63,861 nucleotides of DNA, filler included, from Barthelona sp. PAP020 (GCA_040182905.1; 3 parts of 3 records of this genome joined end to end with filler, not necessarily neighbours in it), one strand, 5' to 3'; positions 52,663 through 63,756 are shown, numbered from the whole stretch's first letter. The notes: generated by a model from the letters alone, not told the origin. Program-made: numbers and translations.

Positions 52663-53481
52663 TTATAGAATGAAGCAACTTGATTCCTTTTCTTCTGTCT
52701 CAACAGATCTGGTTTTTTCTTCTATTTCTTCTTCATTTTTTTCTTCAACAATATCAACAACAACTTCATCCACTTCAACATCTTTTTTGTTTTCAGAAGT
52801 TTGTTCAACATTTGCATTTTCAATTTTTTGTGGCTTATTCATAGGTTGTTCCTCCTTGGTCTCTTGATTAGGTTCTTCTTCCTTGACTTCTTCTTTGACT
52901 TCCTCAACATGCTCTTCTTCTTTGACTTCTTCAACAACTTCTTCAACAGGTTCTTCAATAGGTTCTTCAACTTCTTGAACAAGTTCTTCTTCTTTGACTT
53001 CTTCAACAACTTCTTGAACAGGTTCTTCTTCTTTGACTTCTTCAACAGGTTCTTCAATAGGTTCTTCAACTTCTTGAACAGGTTCTTCTTCTTTGACTTC
53101 TTCTTTGACTTCTTCAACAACTTCTTCAACAGCTTCTTCAATAGGTTCTTCAACTTTTTGAACAGGTTCTTCTTCTTTGACTTCTTCAATAACTTCTTCA
53201 ACAGGTTCTTCAATAGGCTCTTCAACTTCCTGAACAGGTTCTTCTTCCTTGACTTCTTCAATAACTTCTTGAACAGGTTCTTCTTCTTTGACTTCTTCAA
53301 CAAGTTCTTCAACATGTTCTTCAATAGGTTCTTCAACTTCCTGAACAGGTTCTTCTTCTTTTACTTCCTCAACAGGTTCTTGGACAGCTTCTTCCTCCAT
53401 AATTTCTTCAACAATCTCTTCAACAGTTTCTTGAACTGGTTCTTCTTCTTTTAATACAATATCTGAATTTGTCATATTCAT
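52663..53481 (-). CDS. Glu/Val/Pro repeat protein with C-terminal CaaX (CFIL)
   Basis: ~272 aa of (KEEEPVQEVEEPIEEPVEEV) repeats ending SSCFIL*. Confidence 0.75.
   Translation of the reverse strand: MNMTNSDIVLKEEEPVQETVEEIVEEIMEEEAVQEPVEEVKEEEPVQEVEEPIEEHVEELVEEVKEEEPVQEVIEEVKEEEPVQEVEEPIEEPVEEVIEEVKEEEPVQKVEEPIEEAVEEVVEEVKEEVKEEEPVQEVEEPIEEPVEEVKEEEPVQEVVEEVKEEELVQEVEEPIEEPVEEVVEEVKEEEHVEEVKEEVKEEEPNQETKEEQPMNKPQKIENANVEQTSENKKDVEVDEVVVDIVEEKNEEEIEEKTRSVETEEKESSCFIL
52870..53450 (-). repeat. Imperfect coding tandem repeat (EEPVQEVEEPIEE units)
   Basis: Repeated ttcttcaacaggttcttcaatagg / ttcttgaacaggttcttcttctttgac blocks. Confidence 0.9.
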
Positions 53482-53872
53482 AAAAAATGTAAACAAAAAA
53501 ATGATTCAAACCTTCATTCAAAACTCAAGATTTTAAACACTATAAAAAGGGTCATATAGACATATATGAGTTTATTTTTTTCCATTATGCTCCATTTTTA
53601 GCACTTTTTTGAAGTCAAGGGTGACTCAAGTTTTTAAATTTTTCATTAAAATTATTTAATCTGAAACAGCCAACCAACAAAAAAAAAAAATTATCAACTT
53701 GTGACAATTATTTACCAAAAACAAAAATGGAAATAGATTCAAAAAAAAAATATATATACATAAAAACAATTTCATATCTAAAAAAAATTAACAAAATAAA
53801 AATAAAGATAATAATGTATGCAAAAATACAAGAATAGAAATAAATTCATAAATTCAAAAATACATTTTGTTA

Positions 53873-56800
53873 TCAACCCAAAGAAACATTAAATTCTTTC
53901 AACAAACTATCTGCATTGAAACTAGAAACATTTAAAGTTGTTTCAACATTTAGTCTGCTGCTTGATCTTGAAGGAATCAAGTTTTCCTTGCTCTTTTTTC
54001 CATTATCATTGTTTAACTTTGATTTGTGAGAATTTTCATCACTGACACTTTTGATATCTTCAAAATCAGCTTGCCTTGATTCATTTTCTCGGTCAACAGA
54101 AATGGCATCAAACATATCTGACGCAACTGACATCTCACGAGTAAAAGCATTTGTAACATCATCAAACAACTGTGTTTCCATTGATCTGTTGTTATGAGTT
54201 TTATTCCTTTCATTTTTGATGTCAATTGCGTTTTTATACATGTCTTCAACGTGAAGTTTTTCAGGTTCCTTATTTTGACTGTCATTCAAAGCATTTCCTC
54301 TTGAAATATCAGGAGGAGACATTGTTTCTTCAGAAATTAAAGGGGGTGGAGGAGGAATATTGGGGAGATTTTCTTGTTTATCACCATTCTTTTCATCATT
54401 ATCAATATCCTCATCATCTTCAAAATCATCCACGAATTCTTCAATTTTTTCTTCTTCTCTTTCCCTTATTTTTTCTTTTACAGGTACCTTTTCAGAATTA
54501 TCTAATAACATATTACCACCAAGAACGTTTGCCACATCCATAGGATCTGTATGTTTACTCTTTTCTAATTCTTCTCTTAAAGTGTTGATAACCTGTTCAT
54601 CTTTAATCCTTTGTACTGACAACATTTCAATTTGATGCTCCAAAGACTCAATATGTCCTCTGTATTTTTTTTGAAATTCTTCATTACTTGGACTGGGTTC
54701 TGGATGAGATGGATTGAGATTCGGTGGTTTTGAATTTTCTATGATTCTTTCATTTGCACTGAAAATTCTATTTGATCTGTAATCACCATATCTAGAAGCT
54801 AATTGCTTTCTTTTATCAGTTTCGTGTTGCAGTTCTTTATTCAAAAAGGTAATTTTCTCAGTTAATAATTGAATCTGTTGTTTAGCTCTCGCTTGTAAAG
54901 CTAATTGTGATTGTTCAGAATCCTTTATTCTTAATTCATATTGTTCAATGATATCTTCTTGAGATCTCATTGCTCTTCTGGCCTTTTCTACTTGATCTGA
55001 CAATCTTAGATTTTCCATCTTTCTTTTATTCTGTAAATTTGTAAATTCTTGCTGTAATTCAAGATATTTCTTTTCAATGATATTTTTTGTGATTGATATA
55101 TTGTTAAAATTCATTTGTAAAGTCTTTAATCTTGTAAATTCAGAAAACAGCATTTCGTAAGAGGAATAAATTTTTTCATATACATTCAACAAATTTTCCT
55201 TTGACATTTGAGACAATTGTAATTCTTCTAAACGAGGAATTGAAACCAATAGTTTTGATTCCATTTCAATTTCAGAATATTTTTCCAAATCTGCTTCAAA
55301 TTTCATTCTTTTTTCTTTTTCTCGAATATAAGACTCTTCACTGTGTTTCAATTGTTTCGTTAAACTGTCCAATTCAAGCAATAAATCATGAATTCTTTCT
55401 TGATATGGCAATTCACGTTCTTCTTGATCAGATTGTAACGAATTAAATAATTTTTCAATGGATACATCCCCTAAATTAATTGATATGGTCTCTCCTTTTA
55501 CAATAGGTCCTAAATCATTAATACTTGCTTCTAGAGTATGTTTTATTTCATAAGTATTGATATCTGTATTGGGTATATCTAAAGTACGTGAAGAATCAAG
55601 AATAAACATTCCATTGTTGGTTTCATCAACTTCCAAATAATTGACATTGATGTTTGTATCATTCGAATCGTCAAATGATGACTTTTCGATAGGTGACGGT
55701 GAAGTAATGGATAATTGGCTCAATGCATGATTTTGGGGTGGAAGACCAATAGATCTACTACTTACAGACATGCCTATGGTATTTGTACTAATATTTGTAT
55801 TTGCAGTCAAATAGGTATTGGAATTGTCAGAAGATAAAGGTTGACGTGCTGAAATTGATCCAGTACTAGCCCCTAAATTAATCTCAGGACTGAGAATTGA
55901 ATTCTTGTTGCTTTGAAGATATTTTAACCAACTACTGCCAGCTCTTAATCTTATTTTTGCTGCGACTGAAACTTCATTAAATTGACTTGATTTTGCCCAA
56001 ACACCAACTGGTTCAACAGCTAATTTGGGAAGAGGTATTTCAATGCCTGTTGACTTTTCGGGCAATTGTACATTACGAAAAGTTTGTAAAGATACACGAG
56101 AAACTCCAGCCAAAAAATAACCCATATTTTCTGAATTTCCACTCGTATCTTCTCTCCTATAATACCAACCAATCCACAATATTGAATTATTATCAACAAC
56201 ACTCGAAGGTGTGACAAATACAAAACGTTGTCGAAATTTTGAATTGGACAAACGTACAGTTTGTCCAATCTGATGATAATCTCCAAAAGACATTTCATGC
56301 TCCTCATTTAATGATAAAAGATTCTCTAAAGTGGGATCAATGTCATCAAAAGGTAAAGTAGGCTTGGGTACTGCATTAATATCACCAAGATGTAAACAAG
56401 CTACAACAGTGCCAGATATTGAGGGTAAATTATTTAGGGAATACAAATGAATTTCTAATCTGTTCAAGGTTGAATCCTGTTCAAAAACTTGAATTTCAGA
56501 TTGTGCAGTTTCAACAAGGGTCAAAGAACAAAAAAGTTTTGTGGAATATTGTCCAACAACAGAATCTAAGGGTATTGCTAAGTTCAGTTGATGACCATGA
56601 ATCAAACCAGAAATAGGTATTGTTGTTTTGGCAAGCAATTTCTTTGTATTAGGGCTCACTAATCCAATGAAAAGATCATTTGCTTGACTGTCACCCAATT
56701 CTTCAATAGGGACAAACAAATTCATATTGAAAGATGGATCACTACCTTCAACCAACCTAGTTGTTGCACTTCCTCGCTGTCTATGCTTCATTTCATAAGT

Positions 56801-57394
56801 TGATTTCAGAGTTACAAATGATACAGGTGGATTCGATTCACCATGTACATCTGAAGCCCCAAACACAAAAACTTTAACAGTACGACGATTATTCGAGCCA
56901 CTAAAACTTTGTCGAGAACTTTTTGGACGTCTGCTAGATAATGATGTGGGCAATGGTGAATTTATTATTTGAACACGCATTGATAATTCACCAACAACTT
57001 TTGTGGTTGACCCTGTTACACGAAATAGATTTATGGTTCTAGAAATACCATCTTTTATCTGTAGAAGATCATTTAAAGAATTCTTTAAATTCAAGGACGT
57101 TGATCCAAAAGGTCTCGCTGTTCCTGTAGCTTTACCCGAATTAGAATCAGAATTACCTCTTAAAACAACAAACGCTTCAACAAGTAAAGTAGGTTCCTCA
57201 ATGTTTGAATCAAATTCAAAGGTAAAACAGTTTTTCGTAAAAATAGGACGATCAGAACTCTCTTTACTGACTTCCGTTCTAAACTTATTGTTTTCTTTTG
57301 CCCCTACTAATTGAATTCCTAAAAAAAAATTATACGCTTTTGGAAATCGACAATTAGATAATATAACTTGCAAATGTTTCGATGTGTTACTCAT
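53873..57394 (-). CDS. CCDC33: C2-domain + coiled-coil protein, CCDC33-like
   Basis: C2-like segments (KFRTEVS..PIF..FTF; FVTLKST..ATTRLV..PSFN), long coiled coil, acidic tail. Confidence 0.55.
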   Translation of the reverse strand: MSNTSKHLQVILSNCRFPKAYNFFLGIQLVGAKENNKFRTEVSKESSDRPIFTKNCFTFEFDSNIEEPTLLVEAFVVLRGNSDSNSGKATGTARPFGSTSLNLKNSLNDLLQIKDGISRTINLFRVTGSTTKVVGELSMRVQIINSPLPTSLSSRRPKSSRQSFSGSNNRRTVKVFVFGASDVHGESNPPVSFVTLKSTYEMKHRQRGSATTRLVEGSDPSFNMNLFVPIEELGDSQANDLFIGLVSPNTKKLLAKTTIPISGLIHGHQLNLAIPLDSVVGQYSTKLFCSLTLVETAQSEIQVFEQDSTLNRLEIHLYSLNNLPSISGTVVACLHLGDINAVPKPTLPFDDIDPTLENLLSLNEEHEMSFGDYHQIGQTVRLSNSKFRQRFVFVTPSSVVDNNSILWIGWYYRREDTSGNSENMGYFLAGVSRVSLQTFRNVQLPEKSTGIEIPLPKLAVEPVGVWAKSSQFNEVSVAAKIRLRAGSSWLKYLQSNKNSILSPEINLGASTGSISARQPLSSDNSNTYLTANTNISTNTIGMSVSSRSIGLPPQNHALSQLSITSPSPIEKSSFDDSNDTNINVNYLEVDETNNGMFILDSSRTLDIPNTDINTYEIKHTLEASINDLGPIVKGETISINLGDVSIEKLFNSLQSDQEERELPYQERIHDLLLELDSLTKQLKHSEESYIREKEKRMKFEADLEKYSEIEMESKLLVSIPRLEELQLSQMSKENLLNVYEKIYSSYEMLFSEFTRLKTLQMNFNNISITKNIIEKKYLELQQEFTNLQNKRKMENLRLSDQVEKARRAMRSQEDIIEQYELRIKDSEQSQLALQARAKQQIQLLTEKITFLNKELQHETDKRKQLASRYGDYRSNRIFSANERIIENSKPPNLNPSHPEPSPSNEEFQKKYRGHIESLEHQIEMLSVQRIKDEQVINTLREELEKSKHTDPMDVANVLGGNMLLDNSEKVPVKEKIREREEEKIEEFVDDFEDDEDIDNDEKNGDKQENLPNIPPPPPLISEETMSPPDISRGNALNDSQNKEPEKLHVEDMYKNAIDIKNERNKTHNNRSMETQLFDDVTNAFTREMSVASDMFDAISVDRENESRQADFEDIKSVSDENSHKSKLNNDNGKKSKENLIPSRSSSRLNVETTLNVSSFNADSLLKEFNVSLG

Positions 57395-57569
57395 TTTAAA
57401 ACTTAAAAGGAATTATCTTCCTTTAATAAAAATATATCAAAATAAATGACTTTTCTATTTTTTCTTTTCTCTTCTTTCTTCAAATATTGTCATATTATTA
57501 TTGTAAATTATATTTATGTTGGATTTCATTTTCAAATTTTGGTTGTCTTTTTTGATACATTTTTTGTTT

Positions 57570-60374
57570 ATGAGTATTCCTCCTCCTTCCGGACCTTTAC
57601 CTATGCCGACAGGTCCACCACCTATGCCTACAGGTCCTTTATCCATTCCTAATGGATTGATGCCTCCTCCTTCTGGACCTCCTGCAAATCTTCCACCACC
57701 ACCTTCTGGACCTCCTGTAATGCCATCTGGACCACCAGTTGGTCCACCAAATAATGTTGTTGGAACAGTTGAAAGTGGGAATGGTGATGGAATTCAACCT
57801 TCAACTGGTTCAAGTGGGCCTTTGAATACAAATATTCCAAAATTCTCAAAATTTAAACGATCTTCCTTTGATAACGATTTAAAAGGGTTGAGAAATGAAA
57901 CTGAAAATTGGACTTTAAAGTCCGATAGACTGCTTGCTGATTTTTTGACAAATTGGTCCGATAATTTTTTTAAAGGTGTTGAACATATTCAACAGGGGTT
58001 AGATAATGTTAAAACTTTATCCCATTGCGTAAGTAATGATTTTGATAATACCATGAATGATTTCTTACTTTTACAAGAAACGCAATTCATTGAAAATAGA
58101 ATTTATGAAAGTGAAATAGTTGAGGCAAAAAAAGAACCCCCCAAAAAGGAAGCACCAAAAACACGCCAAGAACGTGAAAAGATCATTCTTCCAAGAATGA
58201 AAGAAGCTCTTTGTATTACATGGGGCGCATTGGTTGATGAAGATCCTGAAAAAGAAAAAGAAAAAGAGTCAAAGGTGGAGGAACTCAAAGTTGAAGAACT
58301 CAAAGTTGAAGAATCTACCATTCAAGTGGAACAAAACAATGAGGCAGTTGATTCATCTGAACCTTCAACATCAGGGAATCTACTTCCTCCCACGGGTCCT
58401 CTCCCTCCTCCAATGGGTCCTCCATCTGGTCTTCTTCCATCAGGGCCCGTTTTGACTGGTGAGGCAAGCGAAGCCGATGGTGAGGTGACTTCCAAAATTG
58501 AAACAGATATACCTAAACCTGAGGTAAAACCAGTATATATACCTTCTGTATCTCTTACTGGACCTACCCATTTATATTCATATTTGAAATTTAAGCATCC
58601 TTTGCTTATTGGAACAAAGGAATGGAATTCTTCAGATTTTATTGGGTTAAAAGAAATTACTGAGTCGGCTGATGGTGAGAAAGATAAAGCTGAAGCTTCA
58701 CCCGCTGAAAAACCTGAAGAATCTCACGATATTCATGGAATTAATGTAATAGAACATAGTTCTGTTGAAGAAATAATTGTTACTGAACGAGTTGCATCTG
58801 AATCTTTGAACAAATCTGCTCTTGCAAAATCCCTATTATTTGATTCTGATTTTGAAGAAGAAGAAGAAGAAGAAGAAAAGCTTTCAGTGAAAGAGGATTC
58901 AAAAGAAGTTGAAAAGGAAAAGAAACCTGTGCAACAGAAAGTTAATTCATTATTTTCTTTTTCTGATGAGGAAGAAGATGTTGTTAAGCCAGATAAATCT
59001 AAAAAACTACAAGAAAGCTTGCTGGATAATGAAAGTGATGAAGAGAGTTTTGTTCCTGTTAATAAACCCAAAAATAACATTCTGAATGATTTTGTTGACA
59101 CTGATTCTGACAATGAATCAATTGGTAAATTTAATGTTCAAGAAACTCAACCAAAAGACTATAAAAAACCTAATTTGTTGGCTGAATTCAGTGATTCTGG
59201 GTCAGATTTCAGTGATGAAGAAGCTGAACAGTCAAATAAGAATAAAGTAAATGAAATTTTGGCTCCTCCTGTTCAAGCGACTAAAAGTCAGAACTTATTA
59301 GCTCAATTCAGTGATTCTGATGATGATTTTAGCGATGAAGAGGTTGAGAAACCTGTTGAAAAGAAGAATGTGAGTGAAATTTTGGCTCCTCCTGTTCAAG
59401 CGACTAAAAGTCAGAACTTGTTGGCTCAATTCAGTGATTCTGATGATGATTTTAGCGATGAAGAGGTTAAGAAACCTATTGAAAAGAAAAATGCAAGTGA
59501 AATATTGGTTCCACCTGTTCAGGCAACAAAAAGTCAGAACTTGTTGGCTCAATTCAGTGATTCTGATGACGATTTCAGCGATGAAGAGGTTAAGAAACCT
59601 GTTGAAAAGAAGAATGTGAGTGAAAAATTGGTTTCACCTGTTCAAACGACAAAAAAGCAAAATTTGTTGGCTCAATTCAGTGATTCTGAAGAGGATGATG
59701 ATGGTAAGGATGTGAAAATATCAAGTGAAAAATCCTCCTCCTCACCAACGAAAGTTAATCTTTTGGCTCAATTAAGTGATGAAAGCGACACCAATGAACA
59801 TAAAGATGTTTTGAAGACTAATATTATTGCAAATAGCTCTAAGACCAAACCTAATTTGTTGGCCCAATTCAGTGATTCTGATGATGATAGTGATACTGAT
59901 TCTTCCAAACCAATGGAAGCAAAATCACAACCTGGAGCAAACGTAGACCCAATTAAAAAGCTCAATTTACTTTCTAAATTTAGTGATTCAGAATCAGATA
60001 GCGATGAAGATGTTAAAGCTGAAGAAACAACATTAAGTAAACCAATTGAACCCATTATTGAAGATTTAAATGTCAATGAAGAAGAAGAAGAAGAGAAGTC
60101 TTTGACAATCGTTCAACCCAAAATTGAGGTTGCAGTTGAAGACAAAGATTCGGATGATGACTTTTTGGCTTCTAAATTGAATATCATTGAAGCAAAGAAG
60201 AGCAATAAGATTCCACCGAAAAAAGTCAGCAAAAAGACAAAAAGTAGGAAAAAAACTCCCAATAAACCTTCTGTATCTTTATTAGATTTATTAAATGATG
60301 ATGAAAGTACAGTTCAAGCTCAATTAAAGTCTAAAAAGAAAACAAAAAAATCAAAAGCCCCCAAATTATTTTAA
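57570..60374 (+). CDS. WASHC2: WASH complex subunit FAM21
   Basis: WTLKSDRLLADFL..NTMNDFLLLQETQFIENRIYE head domain; long acidic tail. Confidence 0.85.
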   Translation: MSIPPPSGPLPMPTGPPPMPTGPLSIPNGLMPPPSGPPANLPPPPSGPPVMPSGPPVGPPNNVVGTVESGNGDGIQPSTGSSGPLNTNIPKFSKFKRSSFDNDLKGLRNETENWTLKSDRLLADFLTNWSDNFFKGVEHIQQGLDNVKTLSHCVSNDFDNTMNDFLLLQETQFIENRIYESEIVEAKKEPPKKEAPKTRQEREKIILPRMKEALCITWGALVDEDPEKEKEKESKVEELKVEELKVEESTIQVEQNNEAVDSSEPSTSGNLLPPTGPLPPPMGPPSGLLPSGPVLTGEASEADGEVTSKIETDIPKPEVKPVYIPSVSLTGPTHLYSYLKFKHPLLIGTKEWNSSDFIGLKEITESADGEKDKAEASPAEKPEESHDIHGINVIEHSSVEEIIVTERVASESLNKSALAKSLLFDSDFEEEEEEEEKLSVKEDSKEVEKEKKPVQQKVNSLFSFSDEEEDVVKPDKSKKLQESLLDNESDEESFVPVNKPKNNILNDFVDTDSDNESIGKFNVQETQPKDYKKPNLLAEFSDSGSDFSDEEAEQSNKNKVNEILAPPVQATKSQNLLAQFSDSDDDFSDEEVEKPVEKKNVSEILAPPVQATKSQNLLAQFSDSDDDFSDEEVKKPIEKKNASEILVPPVQATKSQNLLAQFSDSDDDFSDEEVKKPVEKKNVSEKLVSPVQTTKKQNLLAQFSDSEEDDDGKDVKISSEKSSSSPTKVNLLAQLSDESDTNEHKDVLKTNIIANSSKTKPNLLAQFSDSDDDSDTDSSKPMEAKSQPGANVDPIKKLNLLSKFSDSESDSDEDVKAEETTLSKPIEPIIEDLNVNEEEEEEKSLTIVQPKIEVAVEDKDSDDDFLASKLNIIEAKKSNKIPPKKVSKKTKSRKKTPNKPSVSLLDLLNDDESTVQAQLKSKKKTKKSKAPKLF
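59252..59690 (+). repeat. Coding tandem repeat, 123-bp unit x ~3.6
   Basis: EILAPPVQATKSQNLLAQFSDSDDDFSDEEV.KP.EKKN units at 59252, 59375, 59498, 59621. Confidence 0.9.
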
Positions 60375-60646
60375 TTTTTTTTTTCAATGCATTTCTTTCA
60401 AGTGTTACAAGTTTGTATTGTTTATTTATTTCATTTGAAAAATTATTTGATTTCATTTCATTTTCGTTTTATTTTATAAATTTAAAAGACTTTTATTTTT
60501 ATGTTGATCCTTCATTTTGGGGTGTATGATGGTAAGAAAATTTTGAGAAAGAAGATTCTGAAACCCTATCTCTGCTGAAATGAAAAGAGAGAATATTGTT
60601 TTTTTCCATCTTTTATTTTTCCAAAATAACTGTTTTTTGTTGAATA

Positions 60647-61767
60647 ATGAGTAACGATTACATACCAATTGTTATCGATAATGGTTTAGGACAAATAAAA
60701 GCTGGTTTTGGTGATGAATTAACCCCAACATGTTCAATTTCTTCAGTTGTTGGAAGTAAGAGTTACAATTGAAAAATTTGGTGAAATAACAACTGATAAT
60801 ACTACATTATATGTTGGTGACAGAGCTTTGTACTCTTCCCGAATATTATGAATTTCACGGCCAATTGAAAAGGGAGTTATTACGAATTGGGAAGATATGC
60901 AACCTATATAGAGATATACGATTGATGATTAACTTAGAATTGATCCAAAAGATTCAATAATTTTATTGACTGAGACTACAAACAATGAACATTCAAACAG
61001 ACAAAAAATGTTTGAAGTTATGTTTGAAGAATTTCAAGTTGAATCCAGTTTTATTCAAACACAAGCTCCTTTGGCCTTATTTTCTGAAGGTTTGATTTCT
61101 AGTTGTGTTTTTGATTGTGGTGAAGGAATTTCCCACACTATCCCTTATTTTAAAACAAACAATAATGAAACTAAATATTGCAGGGAACACAATTTCCAAT
61201 TATCCAACTCAATTACTCGACCGAGAGAATATCATCAATGTTTCTGAATTAGAAGTTGAACGAATGAAGGAGAAATTGGGTTTTGTTGCACTGAATTATG
61301 TTGAAGAAATCAAAAAAGCTCAAAAAAGCCCAAAGTACCGTCCAAATCGAGAGATGTTTTAAATTACCTGATGAATCAACAGTTATCTTAAATGAAGTCA
61401 GATTCAGGTGTTCAGAAATATTATTTAAACCTCAGTTAGTCAACATTGAGGATGTTGGTATCCATCAGCAAATTTCTAACAGCATTCGTGAAACTAAAGA
61501 TGATATTAGACCTAGTATGCAGCAATATCGTGTTGGGTGGTGGTAGCACTATGTTTACAAATTTGGAAGCAAGATTGGAAAGGGAAATCACAAATTTAGC
61601 GCCTTTCAATGTGAAAATTGAAATTCAAGCACCAATAGATTGAAAATATAGTTTGGATAGGAGGAGCTATAATGTCTTCATTACAAGGATTTACATGAGT
61701 TTGGATTACATGACAAGAATATGAAGAATTTAGTTCCACTGTGATCCTTGCAAAATGTGACATGTAA
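60647..61767 (+). pseudogene. Actin/Arp-family pseudogene
   Basis: IVIDNGLGQIKAGF, YVGD, PIEKGVITNWEDM, MFEEF, DCGEGISH, KLPD, NIVLGGGSTMF, WIGG, QEYEE spread over frames with several frameshifts and at least 6 in-frame stops. Confidence 0.9.
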
Positions 61768-61947
61768 TAAATGTCAAATTGATTCTTTTGTTCTTTTGAT
61801 TTTTTGTGCATTTTATGTACTTTTCTGAAGTTGAACTAATTCATCAAAAAAAAAAGTAGCAAAAACCAAAAATTTATAAAACTAAAAAAAAAAAATTTTT
61901 TTTTGCCAAATTACACAGCTAAACATAAAACGGCTTCATTAAAATTG

Positions 61948-62199
61948 TTATAAACTCTGTTTTTCATTGTCCATTTTGATAAACTCAGCAATTTGAATGT
62001 GTCTTCTCAAACCACTATCCAAATTAAATTTAGTGATTGACATCTTGGGTTTTAAATCTTCGACAATTGATCTAGTGGAGTCTTCTTCAGTTGGTGCTCT
62101 TTTTTTCTTCTGTTGTTGACGAAATCTTGCGTGTACACCTTGAGACATTCCTGCCAATAATAAAGCAATTTCTCTTTCTAATTTGGTGTATTTAACCAT
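61948..62199 (-). CDS. Small hypothetical protein
   Basis: 83-aa ATG ORF with coding-like composition between A/T tracts. Confidence 0.55.
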   Translation of the reverse strand: MVKYTKLEREIALLLAGMSQGVHARFRQQQKKKRAPTEEDSTRSIVEDLKPKMSITKFNLDSGLRRHIQIAEFIKMDNEKQSL

Positions 62200-62505
62200 C
62201 TTTAAAACATTAGTGAGTGTTTTAAAAAGAAGAACAAAAGAAAAAAAACTTCAAAATTTCATTTACAGGAATTTTGAGTTTTAGAGTCTTGCTTCGGTGA
62301 CTAACAAAAAAATATTTCAAATGCAGATTTATTTAACATGATTTTAATTATTACAATGGTAGTCTTAATTGAAAAATTAGATTATTTCAGCAGAAATAGA
62401 TAAAATCCTCACATTCATCCAAAAAATATTCTTCACTATTTAATTTATTTTTAAAATCTGGCAGTATTGAACAACTAAATGTAAAAAAAAGAGAAATATT
62501 TTTTC

Positions 62506-62973
62506 ATGTTTGTTTTCGACAGAAATATTCAACCTTTTATTGATTATCCAAATTTAACATCAATAATATATAGATTAAAAAGTGAGAAAATATCGAAACT
62601 CAATGCAGATCACATATTTAATCGAATATATTGTGGTCAAACACAAGATTTTAATAAAATTAATTGTTCTACATTGATTGGCTATGATTATTTGGAAGAA
62701 TACATGAAAGATGTTGATTTTTTGTACCATTCCATTGAAAATTTGAATAACCAAGCCTTACCAAATAATGATTTGATATGTTTAACAATAGCCAAAACAA
62801 ATAAAAAATTTAAAGAAGCCATAGATATTTATCTTGAAATATTTAAAGAATTATTGAAAGGTGATTCCAATTTAAAATTGTGTCTCATTGCTTCAAATTC
62901 AAAAAATTTAAAACTTTTAATCAATTATTTGATTGAAAATTATTTTGAACCTTTTGAACAAATCATTCAATAA
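62506..62973 (+). CDS. Hypothetical protein
   Basis: 155-aa ATG ORF; its 3' end overlaps the SRPRB stop region. Confidence 0.6.
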   Translation: MFVFDRNIQPFIDYPNLTSIIYRLKSEKISKLNADHIFNRIYCGQTQDFNKINCSTLIGYDYLEEYMKDVDFLYHSIENLNNQALPNNDLICLTIAKTNKKFKEAIDIYLEIFKELLKGDSNLKLCLIASNSKNLKLLINYLIENYFEPFEQIIQ

Positions 62974-63679
62974 ATAACTGCAATAAATCATCGATATAAT
63001 CTTCTCTAACATCACATTCAATAAACTTGATTTGATCTTCAATATCTTCAAAGCTGAATTCAACAGCATCTTCCATGGTTCTAATATTTCCTGGGGCAGA
63101 ACCAATTGTGTTGATCTGTTTCATCAAATTTAATTCTAAAACAGGTCTAATTTCATCAATACCTTCAGCTAAACCTGACAAACGTTTATTACAAACAATT
63201 CTTAATTGAGCACCATTTTCAAAAGATAATGAATCTAATGCAGAATAAAGTATTTTTGCTGTTTCTTCTTGATAAATATCTTTTTGTTTTTGTTCAAAGA
63301 ACTTTTCACTGTCAATAAAAAACAAAATTTCATGAGCTTTTTCCAAATAATTTTCAACATCAGTTGCAAAACGCTTAGATCCTGGGATGTCTATCATTTT
63401 AATTCCTTTTTGTTCGCCAAAATTAACTATTTCAGTTGATATACAAGAAGACTTGAAAGTTTGAGGAAATTTTTTTTGACCAAATTTCAAGTAATAAAGA
63501 AAAGAGGTCTTCCCCCCACCAGATGGACCAATTAATAAAGAATATTTTCCCAAATTTTCTCTTTCAACACCTTTTTTTGGTGGGATTGGTTTTCGTATTC
63601 TTAAAAACTTCCAATAAATAATAAAAAGAGTACATACTAAAACGACTGAAATAGTACTTACTAAAATTGAAATATCCAT
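62963..63679 (-). CDS. SRPRB: Signal recognition particle receptor beta subunit
   Basis: N-terminal TM, GPSGGGKT, DIPGS, FFIDS, CNK GTPase motifs. Confidence 0.85.
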   Translation of the reverse strand: MDISILVSTISVVLVCTLFIIYWKFLRIRKPIPPKKGVERENLGKYSLLIGPSGGGKTSFLYYLKFGQKKFPQTFKSSCISTEIVNFGEQKGIKMIDIPGSKRFATDVENYLEKAHEILFFIDSEKFFEQKQKDIYQEETAKILYSALDSLSFENGAQLRIVCNKRLSGLAEGIDEIRPVLELNLMKQINTIGSAPGNIRTMEDAVEFSFEDIEDQIKFIECDVREDYIDDLLQLFIE

Positions 63680-63756
63680 GAAAAAAGTGAAAATGGAAAT
63701 ATTTACAAAATCTTTATTTTCCTATCCCATCACATAATTTGCAACAAAATTATAAA

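Noticed and set aside
52801..53454. Alternative-frame ORFs rich in F/N or K/L (also 21115-22022)
   Set aside because: Shadow frames of GAA-rich coding repeats
60647..61767. Stop-codon reassignment (TGA read as an amino acid)
   Set aside because: The locus also has frameshifts, TAG and TAA; intact genes end in TGA (373, 12084, 53873) and have no internal stops
62201..62226. 9-bp inverted repeat next to the 62199 start codon
   Set aside because: Low-complexity AT stem, expected by chance
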